Below, in pieces: positions 40,188-40,442 of a stretch of DNA of 40,442 nt (the first letter of the stretch is position 1; every line of letters starts with the position of its first letter). The notes beneath the pieces are model-generated. The model saw only the letters and a program-made list of their open reading frames with translations. It searched no databases and was not told the origin of the DNA. This stretch comes from a virus. A program made the position numbers and the translations under genes. The DNA is taken from IMG/VR virus record IMGVR_UViG_3300031949_000092, positions 1-40,442 of that record. One strand, 5' to 3'.

Positions 40188-40442
40188 TCCTCTTCCCCTT
40201 CATCCGTTAATTCCTCATAAATGAGATTGACTCCTGTTATTCGAGGAAACGTAACTGCTGAGCTTAAAAAATCGAAACCGAATTCAATCTCCTTGATTGG
40301 CATATTTATGTAGAGATTTGCCTCTGTTTCACCCACCGTCGTTACTGCCGTTCCCGAAGTAAAAGTTCCACTGCGATTTATGTCATAGACAGGCGTTACG
40401 GAATCCCCTGAAACTAACGGTTCAAAAGTTATTTCTAATTTA
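40184..40442 (-). CDS. C-terminal end of the 618-aa wrap-around structural protein (40316-40442 duplicates 1-127)
   Basis: The frame checked open from 40315 down to the TGA at 40186-40184. The protein ends ...LIYEELTDEGEEE. Confidence 0.85.
   Translation of the reverse strand, partial: KLEITFEPLVSGDSVTPVYDINRSGTFTSGTAVTTVGETEANLYINMPIKEIEFGFDFLSSAVTFPRITGVNLIYEELTDEGEEE
40316..40442. repeat. Second copy of the 127-bp terminal overlap
   Basis: Identical to bases 1-127. Confidence 0.95.

Noticed and set aside
40316-40442. The 127-bp repeat as true T7-like direct terminal repeats
   Set aside because: The repeat is internal to a CDS and equals a common assembler k-mer length. It cannot be excluded without read data, so it is kept only as an alternative in the findings.
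1-40442. tRNA, rRNA, CRISPR array or transposon/IS elements
   Set aside because: No cloverleaf-like conserved arms (GTTCGAATC-type T-loops) appear in any intergenic gap. There are no regularly spaced direct repeats, and no transposase-like ORFs or terminal inverted repeats. The gaps are all under 215 bp and are accounted for by promoters and terminators.

Overview
This window is a complete, circularly closed dsDNA phage genome. The unique unit is 40,315 bp, and bases 1-127 are repeated exactly at 40316-40442. All three standard stop codons are used, and I saw no tRNA, rRNA, CRISPR array, integrase, DNA polymerase or RNA polymerase. Every gene is on the minus strand except a three-gene cassette at 35684-36461.

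Gene order in the minus-strand reading direction:
- Early and replication region (30821 down to about 21300): many proteins under 100 aa, a P-loop replication protein, a Rad52-like annealase, a NinG/Rap-like nuclease, YopX, a membrane-anchored SLT transglycosylase, an Xis-like HTH protein, and a secreted FN3 moron.
- A phage-encoded GroES-GroEL pair (21101-19217).
- Packaging and head module: TerS, TerL, portal, scaffold, major capsid protein, auxiliary head protein.
- Tail and fibre module: beta-helix protein, an 845-aa repeat-rich fibre, and a 618-aa protein that wraps across the window ends and is missing from the ORF track.
- Internal virion proteins, then an immI-like regulatory island (RHH gene plus the plus-strand cassette).
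- More fibre genes (LamG domain, collagen-less fibre), two HNH homing endonucleases, and a lysis cassette (CHAP endolysin, holin-like proteins) closed by a strong hairpin terminator.

The most unusual signals are regulatory:
- About 13 copies of a 15-16 nt extended -10 box are fused 5-6 nt from an ATG, which implies leaderless transcription units.
- Recurrent promoter / hairpin / U-run / AUG leaders.
- A terminator/antiterminator pair after the head genes.
- Overlapping divergent promoters around a perfect 17-bp palindrome.
- An A9 slippery run that separates an ATG from a zinc-ribbon ORF.

Functional calls come from motif recognition by eye. No database search was run.
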